DNA of 57,458 nt from Alphaproteobacteria bacterium (GCA_965658725.1 CBFHUI010000006.1:1-57458), one strand, 5' to 3'. Shown: positions 7,622 through 17,625, numbered from the stretch's first letter. Program-made: numbers and translations. Notes: a model not told the origin generated them from the sequence alone.

Positions 7622-10051
7622 ATGAATTCGCATTACCGCGTGGTGGTCATTGGCGGGGGCGTCGTCGGGACGTCGGTGCTCTATCACTTGGCTAAGTTTG
7701 GCTGGAAAGATGTGTGCTTGATTGAGCGGTCCGTGCTGACCGCTGGGTCCAGTTGGCACGCGGCGGGTGGCTTTCACGCCTTGAACGCAGACCCCAACAT
7801 TGCGCAGTTGCAGGCCTACACGATCGACCTGCTCTCAGAGATCGAGGAAGAGTCCGGGCAGTCCGTGGGCATGCACATGACTGGGGGCCTGACGCTGGCC
7901 GGGACGCCGGACCGGTGGGAGTGGTTGCAGGCCGCTTATCGAACCTTCCAGTCCATCGGGATTGAGGATTGCCGCCTGGTGACACCAAAGGAAGCAGGCG
8001 AGCTGTGTCCGATCATGTCCACCGATGGCATCCTTGGCGGCATGTGGGCGGATCGCGAAGGCTATGTAGACACCACAGGCACCGTTCACGCCTACGCTGG
8101 TGCTGCCAAGAAACACGGCGCGCAAGTGATCGAGAACAACCGCGTGCTCGAACTCCATCAGGTCGCTAACGGCTGGCAGGTTGTCACTGAGAAAGGCACG
8201 ATCCACGCCGAGCACGTGGTCAACGCCGCCGGGCTCTGGGCCAAGCAGGTCGGGCGTATGGCGGGGATCGAGCTGCCGGTCGCACCGCTCAACCACCATT
8301 ACCTGATCTCTGACACCATTCCCGAACTCGAACAGCTCGATTTCGAAGTTCCCATGACGGTTGATCTGGAGGGCTTCACCTATATGCGGCAGGACCAGAA
8401 AGGCATCCTGCTGGGCATCTATGAGATCGATCACGAGCACTGGATGGTTGACGGTGCGCCGTGGGAGTACGGCTTTGAGCTGCAGCAGGAAGACCCTGAC
8501 CGGATCGAGCGCGAACTGACGCTGGGCTTTGAGCGTTACCCCGCGCTGCAGGAAGTTGGCGTGAAGACGTGGGTCAATGGCGCCTTTACCTTTGCCCCCG
8601 ATGGCAACCCGCTGGTTGGTCCAGTGCAGGGTAAGCCGGGCTATTGGTGCGCCTGTGGCGTAATGGCGGGCTTCCTGCAAGGTGGGGGCGTGGGTAAATC
8701 GCTGGCTGAATGGATGATCCATGGCGAGCCTGAGGCGGACGTTTACGGCATGGACGTCGCCCGCTTCGGCCCCTTTGCCGAGAATAAGCAGTTCATCAAG
8801 GAGACAACCGGCCAGTTCTACACCCGCCGCTTTGTCATGACCTACCCGAACGAACAGCTGCCCGCAGGCCGACCACTCCGCAAAGCGCCAGCCTACGACG
8901 CCATGACCGCGGCCGGGTGCCGCTGGGGCGTAAGCTGGGGGTTGGAAGTACCGCTGTATTTCGCCCCGGACGAGAGCTTCACCGAGACCCCGACGCTCAA
9001 GCGCTCCAATGCCTTTGAGATCGTCGCTGAAGAGTGCCGCGCGGTGCGCGAGGCGACCGGGTTGCTCGATATCTCCGGCTTCTCGCGTTTCGAGGTTTCG
9101 GGCGAGGGGGCAGAAGCTTGGCTCGATAGGATCATGGCCTCCAAACTGCCTGCACCGGGCCGCGCCCGGCTCGCGCCCATGCTTTCCCCTGAAGGCCGTC
9201 TCAAGGGCGATCTGACCGTGTTCAACTGGGGCGACGGCACCTGGTGGATCATGGGGTCGTACTACTTGCGCGCCTGGCATCAGCGCTGGTTCCACGACCA
9301 TGGCGAGGCCGGGGTCATCGTACGAGATATCTCCGACGCTACCGTCGGCTTCAGCCTTTCTGGCCCGAACAGTTTGGCCGTGCTCGAGCGCCTGACCGAC
9401 GGCGCGATTGGTGCGCTGCCGTTCATGGGATGCGGGGTCTTTGATATCGGCATGCTGCGGGTCAAGGTGGGCCGGCTGTCGGTCACTGGAGAACTGGGCT
9501 ACGAGATTCACTGTTCCGCTGCCGAGCACATCGTGCTGCGGGAAACCCTGCTTAAGGCTGGAGCGGATCTGGGGATGCGGGAAGTTGGCTTCAACGCGCT
9601 GCTTTCGCTGCGGCTGGAGAAGAGCTTTGGCATTTGGAGCGCGGAGTTCACCCAAGGCTACACCGCCGCTCAAACCGGGATGGACCGCTGGATTGACTGG
9701 AGCAAGGACGATTTCGTCGGCCGCAGCGCGGCGCTCAAGGAGCACGAAGGCAACGGACCGGCGCAAGTTGTGGTCACGCTCGAAGTGGACGCCACCGACG
9801 CAGACGCCAGCGGCTATGAGCCGGTTTGGCACGGCGGCGAGAAGGTTGGTTTTGTCACCTCGGGGGGCTATGGCCACACGATCGGCAAGTCGCTCGCCAT
9901 GGCCATGGTCAACCGTGAAAGTGCCGAAGTTGGTGCGCAACTGAGCGTGCATATCGTCGGTGTCGAGCGGCCAGCCACGGTGATCGAGGCGTCGCCCTAT
10001 GACCCGGCAGGCGCCGCTATGCGCCCCAGTCCGCGAGCGGCTGCAGCATGA
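7622..10051 (+). CDS. Dimethylglycine/sarcosine dehydrogenase-like FAD oxidoreductase with GcvT domain
   Basis: 809 aa; GGGVVG, GSSWHAAG (flavinylation His), GAFTFAPDG, and GcvT motifs LSVTGELGYEIH, SLRLEK, TSGGYGH; RBS AGGAG. Confidence 0.92.
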   Translation: MNSHYRVVVIGGGVVGTSVLYHLAKFGWKDVCLIERSVLTAGSSWHAAGGFHALNADPNIAQLQAYTIDLLSEIEEESGQSVGMHMTGGLTLAGTPDRWEWLQAAYRTFQSIGIEDCRLVTPKEAGELCPIMSTDGILGGMWADREGYVDTTGTVHAYAGAAKKHGAQVIENNRVLELHQVANGWQVVTEKGTIHAEHVVNAAGLWAKQVGRMAGIELPVAPLNHHYLISDTIPELEQLDFEVPMTVDLEGFTYMRQDQKGILLGIYEIDHEHWMVDGAPWEYGFELQQEDPDRIERELTLGFERYPALQEVGVKTWVNGAFTFAPDGNPLVGPVQGKPGYWCACGVMAGFLQGGGVGKSLAEWMIHGEPEADVYGMDVARFGPFAENKQFIKETTGQFYTRRFVMTYPNEQLPAGRPLRKAPAYDAMTAAGCRWGVSWGLEVPLYFAPDESFTETPTLKRSNAFEIVAEECRAVREATGLLDISGFSRFEVSGEGAEAWLDRIMASKLPAPGRARLAPMLSPEGRLKGDLTVFNWGDGTWWIMGSYYLRAWHQRWFHDHGEAGVIVRDISDATVGFSLSGPNSLAVLERLTDGAIGALPFMGCGVFDIGMLRVKVGRLSVTGELGYEIHCSAAEHIVLRETLLKAGADLGMREVGFNALLSLRLEKSFGIWSAEFTQGYTAAQTGMDRWIDWSKDDFVGRSAALKEHEGNGPAQVVVTLEVDATDADASGYEPVWHGGEKVGFVTSGGYGHTIGKSLAMAMVNRESAEVGAQLSVHIVGVERPATVIEASPYDPAGAAMRPSPRAAAA

Positions 10052-11592
10052 GCCGCGGCGAGCGTCGTCGGCGCAGCAATCGCGATGGGCCAGCGGTCGG
10101 AGAGCCAGTCCAGCGGGATGTGAATTACCGCCAACTGCGCAACCCGTTCCCGCCCATGGACGTGTTCTCGGCCGACCAGATCGCCGACATGCACGAAACT
10201 GCGCTGCGGATGCTCGAAGAGCTGGGGATGAAAGTGTTGCTCCCCGAAGCCCGCCGCATCTTCGCCAGCGGTGGCGCGCGTGTCGATGAGGGCTCGCAGA
10301 TGGTCCACATTGGCCGGGACATGGTCGAGCACGCCCTATCTCAGGCCCCGCGCTCGATCCACTGTCAGGCAGGCGCACGGGAACGGGACTTTGTGCTCGA
10401 ACTGGGTTCACTGGTGTTTCAGGCCGGGGCAGGGGCGCCCTATGCGACCGATCTGGTGCAAGGCCGCCGGGCCGGCAGTGCGCGGGACTACATCGATTAC
10501 CTCAAACTCACCCATCATTTCGACGTGCTGCAAATGATCTCGCCACAGGTGGAGCCGCAGGACGTGGACAACCACTTGCGCCATTACTTCACCACCCGCG
10601 CGCAGATGCAGCACACGGACAAGTTTCCGTTCATCTTCTCCCGTGGGACGCCGCAGGTGATGGACTGCTTCGAGATGATCCGTGACTTTCGCGGGCTATC
10701 GGATGACGCCTTTCAGGCCGGTCCGCACTGCTACACCATCATCAACACCAACTCACCCCGGACGCTCGACATCCCCATGGCGCAAGGGCTGATCGACTTT
10801 GCCCGCAACGGTCAGATGTCGATCATCACGCCCTTTACTCTCATGGGCGCGATGGCACCGATCACAGTGGCGGGCTCGATCACGCTTAGCCATGCCGAGG
10901 CGCTGGCCTCGATCGTGCTGACACAGCTGGCCCGGCCTGGCGCGCCCGTGTGTTACGGCACCTTTACCTCCAACGTCGATATCAAGTCAGGCGCACCGGC
11001 ATTCGGGACGCCTGCGCACTTTCAGGCCTCGCTGGCCGCCGGTCAGTTGGCGCGGCATATCGGTCTGCCGTGGCGTTCGGCGGCGGGGTCGGCCTCAAAC
11101 CTCAACGACGTGCAAGCGGCCAATGAGAACCAGATGGGGCTTTGGGGCTGCTTGATGGCCGGGGCGACGGTGGTGATCCACGCGGCGGGTTGGCTCGAAG
11201 GGGGGCTGTCCGTGTCGTTCGAGAAGCTCGTCACCGACGTTGAAGTCCTGAACATGATCGCCGAGTTGTGCGCCGGGGCGCAGGCCGGGCCGGACGAAAT
11301 CGGCTATGACAACGCCGTGCGCGAAGTCGAGCCACAGGGCCACTTCTTCGCCACCAGCCAGACCATGGCGCGTTACAATACGGAGTTCTACCAGCCCATT
11401 GTCCACGACTACGCCAACTTTGGCACGTGGACCGAGCGGGGCAGCGTGGACGCCAATCGGCGCGCCACCAAGGTTTGGCAAGACATCGTCCAGACCGCGC
11501 AGGGTCCGGCAGTGGATGGCGCGCGGATGGAAGCCCTCAACGCCTTTATCGATCGGCGCACCGCAGCGGGCGGCGCGCCGCCGGAGAGTTGA
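10048..11592 (+). CDS. mttB: Trimethylamine methyltransferase (MttB) superfamily, non-pyrrolysine, MtgB-like
   Basis: IINTNSP, PFTLMGAMAPITVAG, SNVDIKSGAPAFGTP, HAAGWLEGG, GHFF; ATGA overlap with the upstream gene; no in-frame TAG. Confidence 0.9.
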   Translation: MSRGERRRRSNRDGPAVGEPVQRDVNYRQLRNPFPPMDVFSADQIADMHETALRMLEELGMKVLLPEARRIFASGGARVDEGSQMVHIGRDMVEHALSQAPRSIHCQAGARERDFVLELGSLVFQAGAGAPYATDLVQGRRAGSARDYIDYLKLTHHFDVLQMISPQVEPQDVDNHLRHYFTTRAQMQHTDKFPFIFSRGTPQVMDCFEMIRDFRGLSDDAFQAGPHCYTIINTNSPRTLDIPMAQGLIDFARNGQMSIITPFTLMGAMAPITVAGSITLSHAEALASIVLTQLARPGAPVCYGTFTSNVDIKSGAPAFGTPAHFQASLAAGQLARHIGLPWRSAAGSASNLNDVQAANENQMGLWGCLMAGATVVIHAAGWLEGGLSVSFEKLVTDVEVLNMIAELCAGAQAGPDEIGYDNAVREVEPQGHFFATSQTMARYNTEFYQPIVHDYANFGTWTERGSVDANRRATKVWQDIVQTAQGPAVDGARMEALNAFIDRRTAAGGAPPES

Positions 11593-11596
11593 GGTC

Positions 11597-12262
11597 ATGG
11601 CCATGACCGCACGTCCCGCCCTTGTCCTGCACCGCGATGACCCCAGCAAAGTCCCGCTGGTCGGCCATCACAAAGTCACCCGCGAAGACTGGCTCCACGT
11701 CGCGCGTGATGCGCTGGTTAACCACGGCGTGGGGGAGGTGAAGGTACTCGCGCTGGGTGCGCGGTTGCAGGTGTCTCGGTCGAGCTTCTACGGCTATTTC
11801 AAGTCCCGGCAGGATTTGCTGATGGCTCTGCTCGAAGACTGGGAAGCGCGCAACACCGCGTCGATCGTCCGCAACTGCGCGCTGCCCACCGAAAGCATTT
11901 GCGAGGCCATATGTCACTTCTTCCGCTGCTTCCTGCGCGATAATCTGTTCGACCAAAGGCTCGACTTCGCCGTACGCGAGTGGTCACGGCGGGATGAGGC
12001 GGTGCGGGCGCGGATCGACGCGGCGGATGCGACCCGGCTCGCGGCCGTAACGGCTATGTTCGAGGCCCACGACTATGAGCCCTACGACGCCGAAGTGCGA
12101 GCGCGGATCCTCTACTTCATGCAGCTGGGCTATCACGCCTTGGACGTCACCGAACCCATGGCTGAGCGTGCTGCGCGGGTTCAGGGCTACCTCATCGGCT
12201 TTACCGGGCGCAGGCCGGAACCGGGCGTGGTCGAGCGGTTTGTTGCGGAGTTGAGCGACTAG
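11597..12262 (+). CDS. TetR/AcrR family transcriptional regulator
   Basis: N-terminal HTH TREDWL..A..L...GV..VKV..L..RLQVSRSSFYGYFKSR; start at MAMTARP. Confidence 0.9.
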   Translation: MAMTARPALVLHRDDPSKVPLVGHHKVTREDWLHVARDALVNHGVGEVKVLALGARLQVSRSSFYGYFKSRQDLLMALLEDWEARNTASIVRNCALPTESICEAICHFFRCFLRDNLFDQRLDFAVREWSRRDEAVRARIDAADATRLAAVTAMFEAHDYEPYDAEVRARILYFMQLGYHALDVTEPMAERAARVQGYLIGFTGRRPEPGVVERFVAELSD

Positions 12263-13992
12263 GCCGGCTGTTGGTGTGCTGCCGCCGCTGGCCCGATGCG
12301 GTTGAAGGCGTCGAACTGGCTGAGAAAGACGTCTCCGCTCAACCGCTCGAGGAAATCCGAACGCTGCAGCCGGTCCATCACGGGGCCTTTGACCTCGCTG
12401 AGGTGGAAGAGTACGCCGCTGTCGCTCAGGCGCAGGTTGATCGCTTCGAGCGATTCGAGCGCGCTGGTGTCGATTTCGTTGATCGCCGAGCACATGAGCA
12501 CGATGTGCTGGACCTCGGGCGCGCGTGCGACGTGCTTCAGCACAAGGTCTTCCAGCGCGCGGGCGTTGGCGAAATACAGGCTCTGATCGACCCGCAGCGT
12601 GACGACATCGGGGCGCGTTTTGACGGTGTAGCGCAGGACATTGCGAAAGTGCTCAGTCCCTTCAACCAGTCCCACTTCCGCCACGTGCGGGCGCGCGGTC
12701 TTGTAGAGGTAGAGCACCAGCGACAGCACGACCCCCGCCGTAACCCCAACCTCAACCCCCAGCGCGAGCGTCAGCACCACGGTCGTTAGCACGGCGGCGA
12801 AATCGGCCTTGGAGTAACGCCAGGTTTTGGTGAACATGGAGAAGTCAACGAGGCTCAGTACCGCCACGATGATGGTCGCGGCGAGGGTGGCTTTGGGGAG
12901 GAAAAACAACAGCGGGGTCAGGAACAGCGTCGCCAGCGCGATCCCGATGGCCGTGTAGGCGCCCGCCGCCGGGGTCTGCGCGCCGGCATCGTAGTTGACC
13001 ACCGAGCGCGAAAAACCGCCCGTCACGGGGAAACCGCCGAAGGCCGAAGACGACAGGTTCGCCCCGCCCAGCGCGATCAGTTCCTGATCCGGGTCAATCC
13101 GCTGCCGCCGCTTGGCCGCTAACGTCTGCCCGACGGAGACGGACTCCACGAACCCAATCACCGAAATCAGCACCGCCGGGACTGCAAGTGCGCGCCACAG
13201 CTCAACATCGAAGAGCGGCACGGTAAGGCCGGGCAGGCCCTTGGGCACGTCACCGATCACCGCCACGCCCTGCGCGCTTAAGTCCAGCCCCCAAACCGCC
13301 AGCGTCGTCCCGGCGACTGCAAACACGGGACCAGCCTTGGCCAGCATGTCAGCGAGCAGGGGCGGGAGCCCAAGGCGCAAGAGCAGGCCCTTGAGCCCCT
13401 TACGGACCCAGAACAGAAAGACCAGTGCACTGCCGCCAACGGCCAGCGTCGGCGCGTGCGTCTCGCCCAGATTGCTCCCCAGCGACAGCGCGAGGTCGAG
13501 CAGGCTGTGGCCGTGCGCGTCGATGCCGAGCAAGTGCTTGGTCTGGCTTGCTGCGATGATGATGCCGGAGGCTGTGATAAAGCCCGAAACCACAGGGTGA
13601 CTGAGGAAGTTTGCCAGAAACCCCAGCCGCAACACCCCCATGAGCAGCAGGAACAGCCCGCTGATCAGCGCCAGCACACTCGCCGCCGCGATCACGTCGG
13701 CCACAGACTGCAGCCCCAGCGTCCCAATCGCCGCCGCCGTCATCAGCGAGACCACCGCTACCGGCCCGACGGAGAGCGCCCGGCTGGTGCCAAAGACAGC
13801 ATAGACCAGCAGCGGCGCAATCGACGCGTAGAGCCCCACTTGCGCCGGGACACCGGCAAGCAAGGCGTAAGCAAGCGATTGCGGGATCAGCATGATCGTC
13901 ACGATCAGCGCCGCAACCATGTCGCTGGACAAGGTGGAAAGGGAATAGGTCTTCGCCCATCCCAGAAGGGGGATGTATCGCGAAAGGGTCAT
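12259..13992 (-). CDS. sulP: SulP family inorganic anion transporter with STAS domain
   Basis: LIPQSLAYALLAG, GLYAS, SVGPVAV, TGGFSRS..N, and a C-terminal STAS (LYFANA, IDTSA); start at MTLSRYIP. Confidence 0.93.
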   Translation of the reverse strand: MTLSRYIPLLGWAKTYSLSTLSSDMVAALIVTIMLIPQSLAYALLAGVPAQVGLYASIAPLLVYAVFGTSRALSVGPVAVVSLMTAAAIGTLGLQSVADVIAAASVLALISGLFLLLMGVLRLGFLANFLSHPVVSGFITASGIIIAASQTKHLLGIDAHGHSLLDLALSLGSNLGETHAPTLAVGGSALVFLFWVRKGLKGLLLRLGLPPLLADMLAKAGPVFAVAGTTLAVWGLDLSAQGVAVIGDVPKGLPGLTVPLFDVELWRALAVPAVLISVIGFVESVSVGQTLAAKRRQRIDPDQELIALGGANLSSSAFGGFPVTGGFSRSVVNYDAGAQTPAAGAYTAIGIALATLFLTPLLFFLPKATLAATIIVAVLSLVDFSMFTKTWRYSKADFAAVLTTVVLTLALGVEVGVTAGVVLSLVLYLYKTARPHVAEVGLVEGTEHFRNVLRYTVKTRPDVVTLRVDQSLYFANARALEDLVLKHVARAPEVQHIVLMCSAINEIDTSALESLEAINLRLSDSGVLFHLSEVKGPVMDRLQRSDFLERLSGDVFLSQFDAFNRIGPAAAAHQQPA

Positions 13993-14149
13993 GGAGTGAG
14001 TCTCAAAAGGCCGGGCACGCGTCGGTCGGGTTGGTGGTGGGCGTGGTGCCGGGCCGTGGGAAAAGTGCGGCGTCGTGTGGCTCAAAGGGGCAAGCGGTAC
14101 GACGCCGCAAGGGTGAGGAGGTCGTGTGTCCTTGGGGGACGGGTTGGGG

Positions 14150-15031
14150 TTAAAGCTGGTTGATTGGAACCTTGAAGTACGCCGCGCCGTTGTCTTCCTC
14201 GCGGGGCAAACTGCCGGCCTTCATGTTCACCTGCAGCGACGGGACGATCAGCTTGGGCATGGCCAGTTGCGCGTCGCGCGTGGTGCGGAAGGCAACGAAC
14301 TCGGCCTTGGTCTTGCCGTTGCCAACGTGGATGTTCTCGTCTTTCTCGTCGCGCACCGTCGTCTCCCACGAAATCTCGCGCCCGCCGGGGCCATAGTCGT
14401 GGCACATGAACAGGCGGGTGTCGTCTGGCAGGGCGAGGATGCGCTGGATGGAATCATAGAGCTGCTCCGCCGACCCGCCGGGGAAATCACAGCGCGCGCT
14501 GCCGCCGTCGGGCATGAACAGCGTATCGCCGACAAAAGCAGCGTCTCCGGCGACGTGCACGGTACAGGCCGGGGTATGACCAGGGGTGTGCAGGACAGTC
14601 ACGGGCAAGGTGCCAATGGTGTAGGTGTCGCCGTCGCTAAACAGGCGGTCGAACTGGCTGCCGTCGCGCTGGAACTCGGTGCCTTCGTTGAAAATCTTGC
14701 CAAAGGTGTCCTGAATCACCGTGATTTGATCACCGATCCCCAGCTTGCCGCCCAACTGCTGCTGCACGTAGGGCGCGGCTGAGAGGTGGTCTGCGTGGAC
14801 GTGGGTCTCGATCACCCATTCCAGTTCCAGCCCGTGTTCGCGGATGTGCGCGATCATGGCGTCGGCGCTGTCGTACTTGATGCGCCCGGCGGCGTAATCG
14901 AGGTCGAGCACGCTGTCCACCACGGCGCAGGCCTTGGAGTTGGGGTCTTTGACCACGTAGCTGATGGTGTTGGAAGCCTCGTCAAAAAAGGCGGTGACGT
15001 CAGGCTTGATGCGGGCTTCGGTCGCTGACAT
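14150..15031 (-). CDS. MBL-fold persulfide dioxygenase (Blh/ETHE1-like)
   Basis: ETHVHADHLSAA, TPGHTPAC, GDTLFMPDGGSARCDFPGG, MCHDY; lies in an operon with yeeE and sulP. Confidence 0.9.
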   Translation of the reverse strand: MSATEARIKPDVTAFFDEASNTISYVVKDPNSKACAVVDSVLDLDYAAGRIKYDSADAMIAHIREHGLELEWVIETHVHADHLSAAPYVQQQLGGKLGIGDQITVIQDTFGKIFNEGTEFQRDGSQFDRLFSDGDTYTIGTLPVTVLHTPGHTPACTVHVAGDAAFVGDTLFMPDGGSARCDFPGGSAEQLYDSIQRILALPDDTRLFMCHDYGPGGREISWETTVRDEKDENIHVGNGKTKAEFVAFRTTRDAQLAMPKLIVPSLQVNMKAGSLPREEDNGAAYFKVPINQL

Positions 15032-15067
15032 GGTCAGTTCTCCCTGTTCTTCGGCGCGCGGGGCGGC

Positions 15068-15514
15068 TCAGCGGGCGCTGGCTTGGGGGCCAGCAGGGGT
15101 GAGGGTGGCGCGGATCAGGCGCAGGGCCAGCATGCCACCACAAACGGCTGCGATAAAGACCGCTGGTTGCAGCGACACTGTCCCGAGCGCCGGCAGGGCC
15201 GCTCCCGGACAGAATCCGGCAATCCCCCAGCCCACACCGAACAGCACGGAACCGCCGATCAGGGGTAGGTCGATCTGCTGGGGCAGGCCCTTGGGGAAGT
15301 CAGGAGCCATCATAGGTTTTTGGCGCAGGCGGAAGATGAGCTGATAGCCCACCAAATTCACTGCGAGGCCGCCCCCCATGACAAAGGCAAGACTGGGGTC
15401 CCACGTCCCCGCAACGTCAAAGAAGTTCAGGACTTTGTTCGGGTCCGCCATCCCGGAAATCAGGATCCCGGCACCAAACAGCAGGCCGATAAGAGCAATG
15501 AAGATCAAGCGCAT
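15068..15514 (-). CDS. YeeE/YedE family sulfur-compound transporter subunit (DUF6691-like)
   Basis: GL.ISGM..P.KVLNFFD..G.WDPSL and FGVGWGIAGFCPG. Confidence 0.9.
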   Translation of the reverse strand: MRLIFIALIGLLFGAGILISGMADPNKVLNFFDVAGTWDPSLAFVMGGGLAVNLVGYQLIFRLRQKPMMAPDFPKGLPQQIDLPLIGGSVLFGVGWGIAGFCPGAALPALGTVSLQPAVFIAAVCGGMLALRLIRATLTPAGPQASAR

Positions 15515-15518
15515 GGGT

Positions 15519-15950
15519 TTAGGCTCCGATCACGTGACGCAGGATGAAGACGGTGACAAAGCCCGCCGCCATAAAGCTCAGTACGGCGGTCAGCGAGCGC
15601 ACCGACAGGCGCGCCAATCCGCAAATGCCGTGCCCGGAAGTGCAGCCACTGGCCAGCGAGACCCCGGCGCCAACGATCAAACCACCGACGATGATCTGAC
15701 CCAGACCAAAGGGCGGCACCACGTTCGGGCGCACGCCGAAGACCAGTGCGAGCAGGGGCGCGGCGGCGATCATGCCGAGGATCATCACCAGCCGCCAACG
15801 GAACTCGCTGCCGCTTGTAGGGAACAGGACGCCGCTCAAGATCCCAGTCGCACCGGCAATCCGGCCCACACCCAGCATCAGCAAGGTCGCGGAAAGCCCT
15901 ATCATGCCACCCCCGATAACGGAGGAGAGAGGGGTAAAGTCGGTCGGCAT
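15519..15950 (-). CDS. YeeE/YedE family sulfur-compound transporter subunit
   Basis: GGGMIG, GRIAGATG, GCTSGHGICG..RLS.RS; start at MPTDFTP. Confidence 0.9.
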   Translation of the reverse strand: MPTDFTPLSSVIGGGMIGLSATLLMLGVGRIAGATGILSGVLFPTSGSEFRWRLVMILGMIAAAPLLALVFGVRPNVVPPFGLGQIIVGGLIVGAGVSLASGCTSGHGICGLARLSVRSLTAVLSFMAAGFVTVFILRHVIGA

Positions 15951-16010
15951 GGCGAGGCTCCTGCAATCTGGCACGCAACGGGCGTGCGTCCTGTATGGCC
16001 TCACTATGCT

Positions 16011-16047
16011 CTATTGAGATTAACAAAACAATAGTCATAAATATGAC
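16011..16047 (-). promoter_or_regulatory. AT-rich operator region upstream of the sulfur operon
   Basis: Palindromes gtcata-aa-tatgac (16034-16047) and ctattg-N12-caatag (16011-16034). Confidence 0.5.
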
Positions 16048-16086
16048 ATCTACTCTGCCTCTTGCTTTTCTTGGGGCGCGATTGCC

Positions 16087-17625
16087 CTAAAGCGTATCGA
16101 GGAAGGCTTCAGCAGACGCCAGCGTGTCGGACTGCTTCTCCTCCGACATTCTCGCCCAGGTGCGATACATCTGCGCCATCCGCGGATTGCCTTGCAGGGC
16201 GTCCCGATTGCGGTCGAGGAAATGCCAATAGAGCGCGTTGAACGGGCAGGCGCCTTCGCCGGTTTTGAGCTTCACCTGATAAGCGCAGGAAGCGCAGTAA
16301 TCCGACATGCGATTGATGTAGTTGCCGCTGGCCGCATAGGGCTTGGAGCCGAGCACGCCGCCATCGGCAAACAGGGTCATGCCGATGGTATTCGGCATCT
16401 CCACCCATTCGAAGGCATCGGCGTAAACGGCCAGATACCATTCGTGCACCGCGTGCGGATCGATCCCGGCGAGCAGGGCAAAGTTACCCGTGACCATCAG
16501 ACGCTGGATATGGTGGGCGTAGGCCTCTTCGCGGGTCTGCGTGATTGCGGCGCGCAGGCAGGCCATATCGGTCTCCCCGGTCCAGTAGAAGTCGGGCAAA
16601 GGCCGCGTGTTGCCGAAGAAGTTGGCCTGGGCATAGTCCGGCATTTTCAGCCAATAGATCCCGCGAACAAATTCCCTCCACCCGATGATCTGTCGAATGA
16701 AACCCTCCACCGCGTTCAGCGGCGCATGACCGCTGAAGTAGGCAGCCTCGGCCCGCTTACAGACGCTCAGCGGGTCGAGCAGCCCGACGTTGATGTAAAG
16801 CCCGAGCAGGGAGTGATAGAGAAACTTCTCCCCCCGCAGCATGGCGTCCTGAAAGTCGCCGAAGGACGGGAGAGCGTGCTCGATAAAGCGATCGAGTGCG
16901 GCCTCTGCATCGGTGTGGGTGGTGCCAAACCAGAACGGGTGCAAGTCGCCGAAATGGTCGCTAAAGTGCGCCTCAACCAGCTTCAGAACCTCTGCCGTGA
17001 TGGCGTCGGGCGTGACCCGGTGCGGCTGGGGCATGAACAGGTCAGCCCCAGCAGGCTTGCGGTTTTCCGCGTCAAAGTTCCAGCGGCCGCCAACAGGCTC
17101 ATCGCCCTCCATCAGCAGCCCGGTTTGACGGCGCATGTCGCGATAGAAGTACTCCATCCGCATCTGTTTTCGCCCTGCTGCCCAGTCCGCAAAGGCTTCG
17201 TGGGTGCACAGGAAGCGGTCGTCGGGCAGGATCGTGACGGGCTGGCCGAACGTGGCTTCCCAGCCCTGAACCATCTCCAACACGCGCCATTCGCTGGGTT
17301 CCGTCACCACCACGCCGCGCGCACCGGTTCGCGCGAGAGCGCGGGTCACTTCGCCGGTGAACGAGCCGCTGTTCTCAGCGGCATCGAGCGGGACGTAATC
17401 GACCTGCCACCCTTGGTCTTCCAGCGCCTGCGCAAAGTGGCGCATGCAGGAAAAGATGAAGGCGATCTTCTTTTGGTGATGAGGGACCGAGCGGGCTTCG
17501 TCGGCGACTTCGACCAAGAGCACGCGGTCACGCGCCCGGTCGCCTTCGCGCAAGGCGGCAAGGGAGAACGACAGCTGGTCGCCCATGATGAGGATCAGGC
17601 GCGGATCGGGTGCGGCGGCGTTCAT
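16087..17625 (-). CDS. phrB: Iron-sulfur bacterial cryptochrome/(6-4) photolyase (FeS-BCP, PhrB/CryB type)
   Basis: LILIMGDQL, HHQKKI, RMEYFYR, YAHHIQRLMVTGN, KPYAASGNYI, and 4Fe-4S Cys residues (SVCK, YCASC, ACPF). Confidence 0.92.
   Translation of the reverse strand: MNAAAPDPRLILIMGDQLSFSLAALREGDRARDRVLLVEVADEARSVPHHQKKIAFIFSCMRHFAQALEDQGWQVDYVPLDAAENSGSFTGEVTRALARTGARGVVVTEPSEWRVLEMVQGWEATFGQPVTILPDDRFLCTHEAFADWAAGRKQMRMEYFYRDMRRQTGLLMEGDEPVGGRWNFDAENRKPAGADLFMPQPHRVTPDAITAEVLKLVEAHFSDHFGDLHPFWFGTTHTDAEAALDRFIEHALPSFGDFQDAMLRGEKFLYHSLLGLYINVGLLDPLSVCKRAEAAYFSGHAPLNAVEGFIRQIIGWREFVRGIYWLKMPDYAQANFFGNTRPLPDFYWTGETDMACLRAAITQTREEAYAHHIQRLMVTGNFALLAGIDPHAVHEWYLAVYADAFEWVEMPNTIGMTLFADGGVLGSKPYAASGNYINRMSDYCASCAYQVKLKTGEGACPFNALYWHFLDRNRDALQGNPRMAQMYRTWARMSEEKQSDTLASAEAFLDTL

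Noticed and set aside
7835-10411. 858-aa minus-strand ORF, and similar long antisense ORFs such as 16192..17655, 19783..21066, 27016..28320, 35510..37210 and 51605..52816
   Set aside because: These are shadow frames opposite well-supported genes in high-GC DNA; they have no recognisable motifs.
10048-11592. Pyrrolysine recoding in MttB
   Set aside because: The ORF is full length with no in-frame TAG, and no pyl genes are present.
12259-12262. Convergent genes sharing a CTAG stop overlap (also 47178-47181)
   Set aside because: This is a common compaction feature with no specific meaning.
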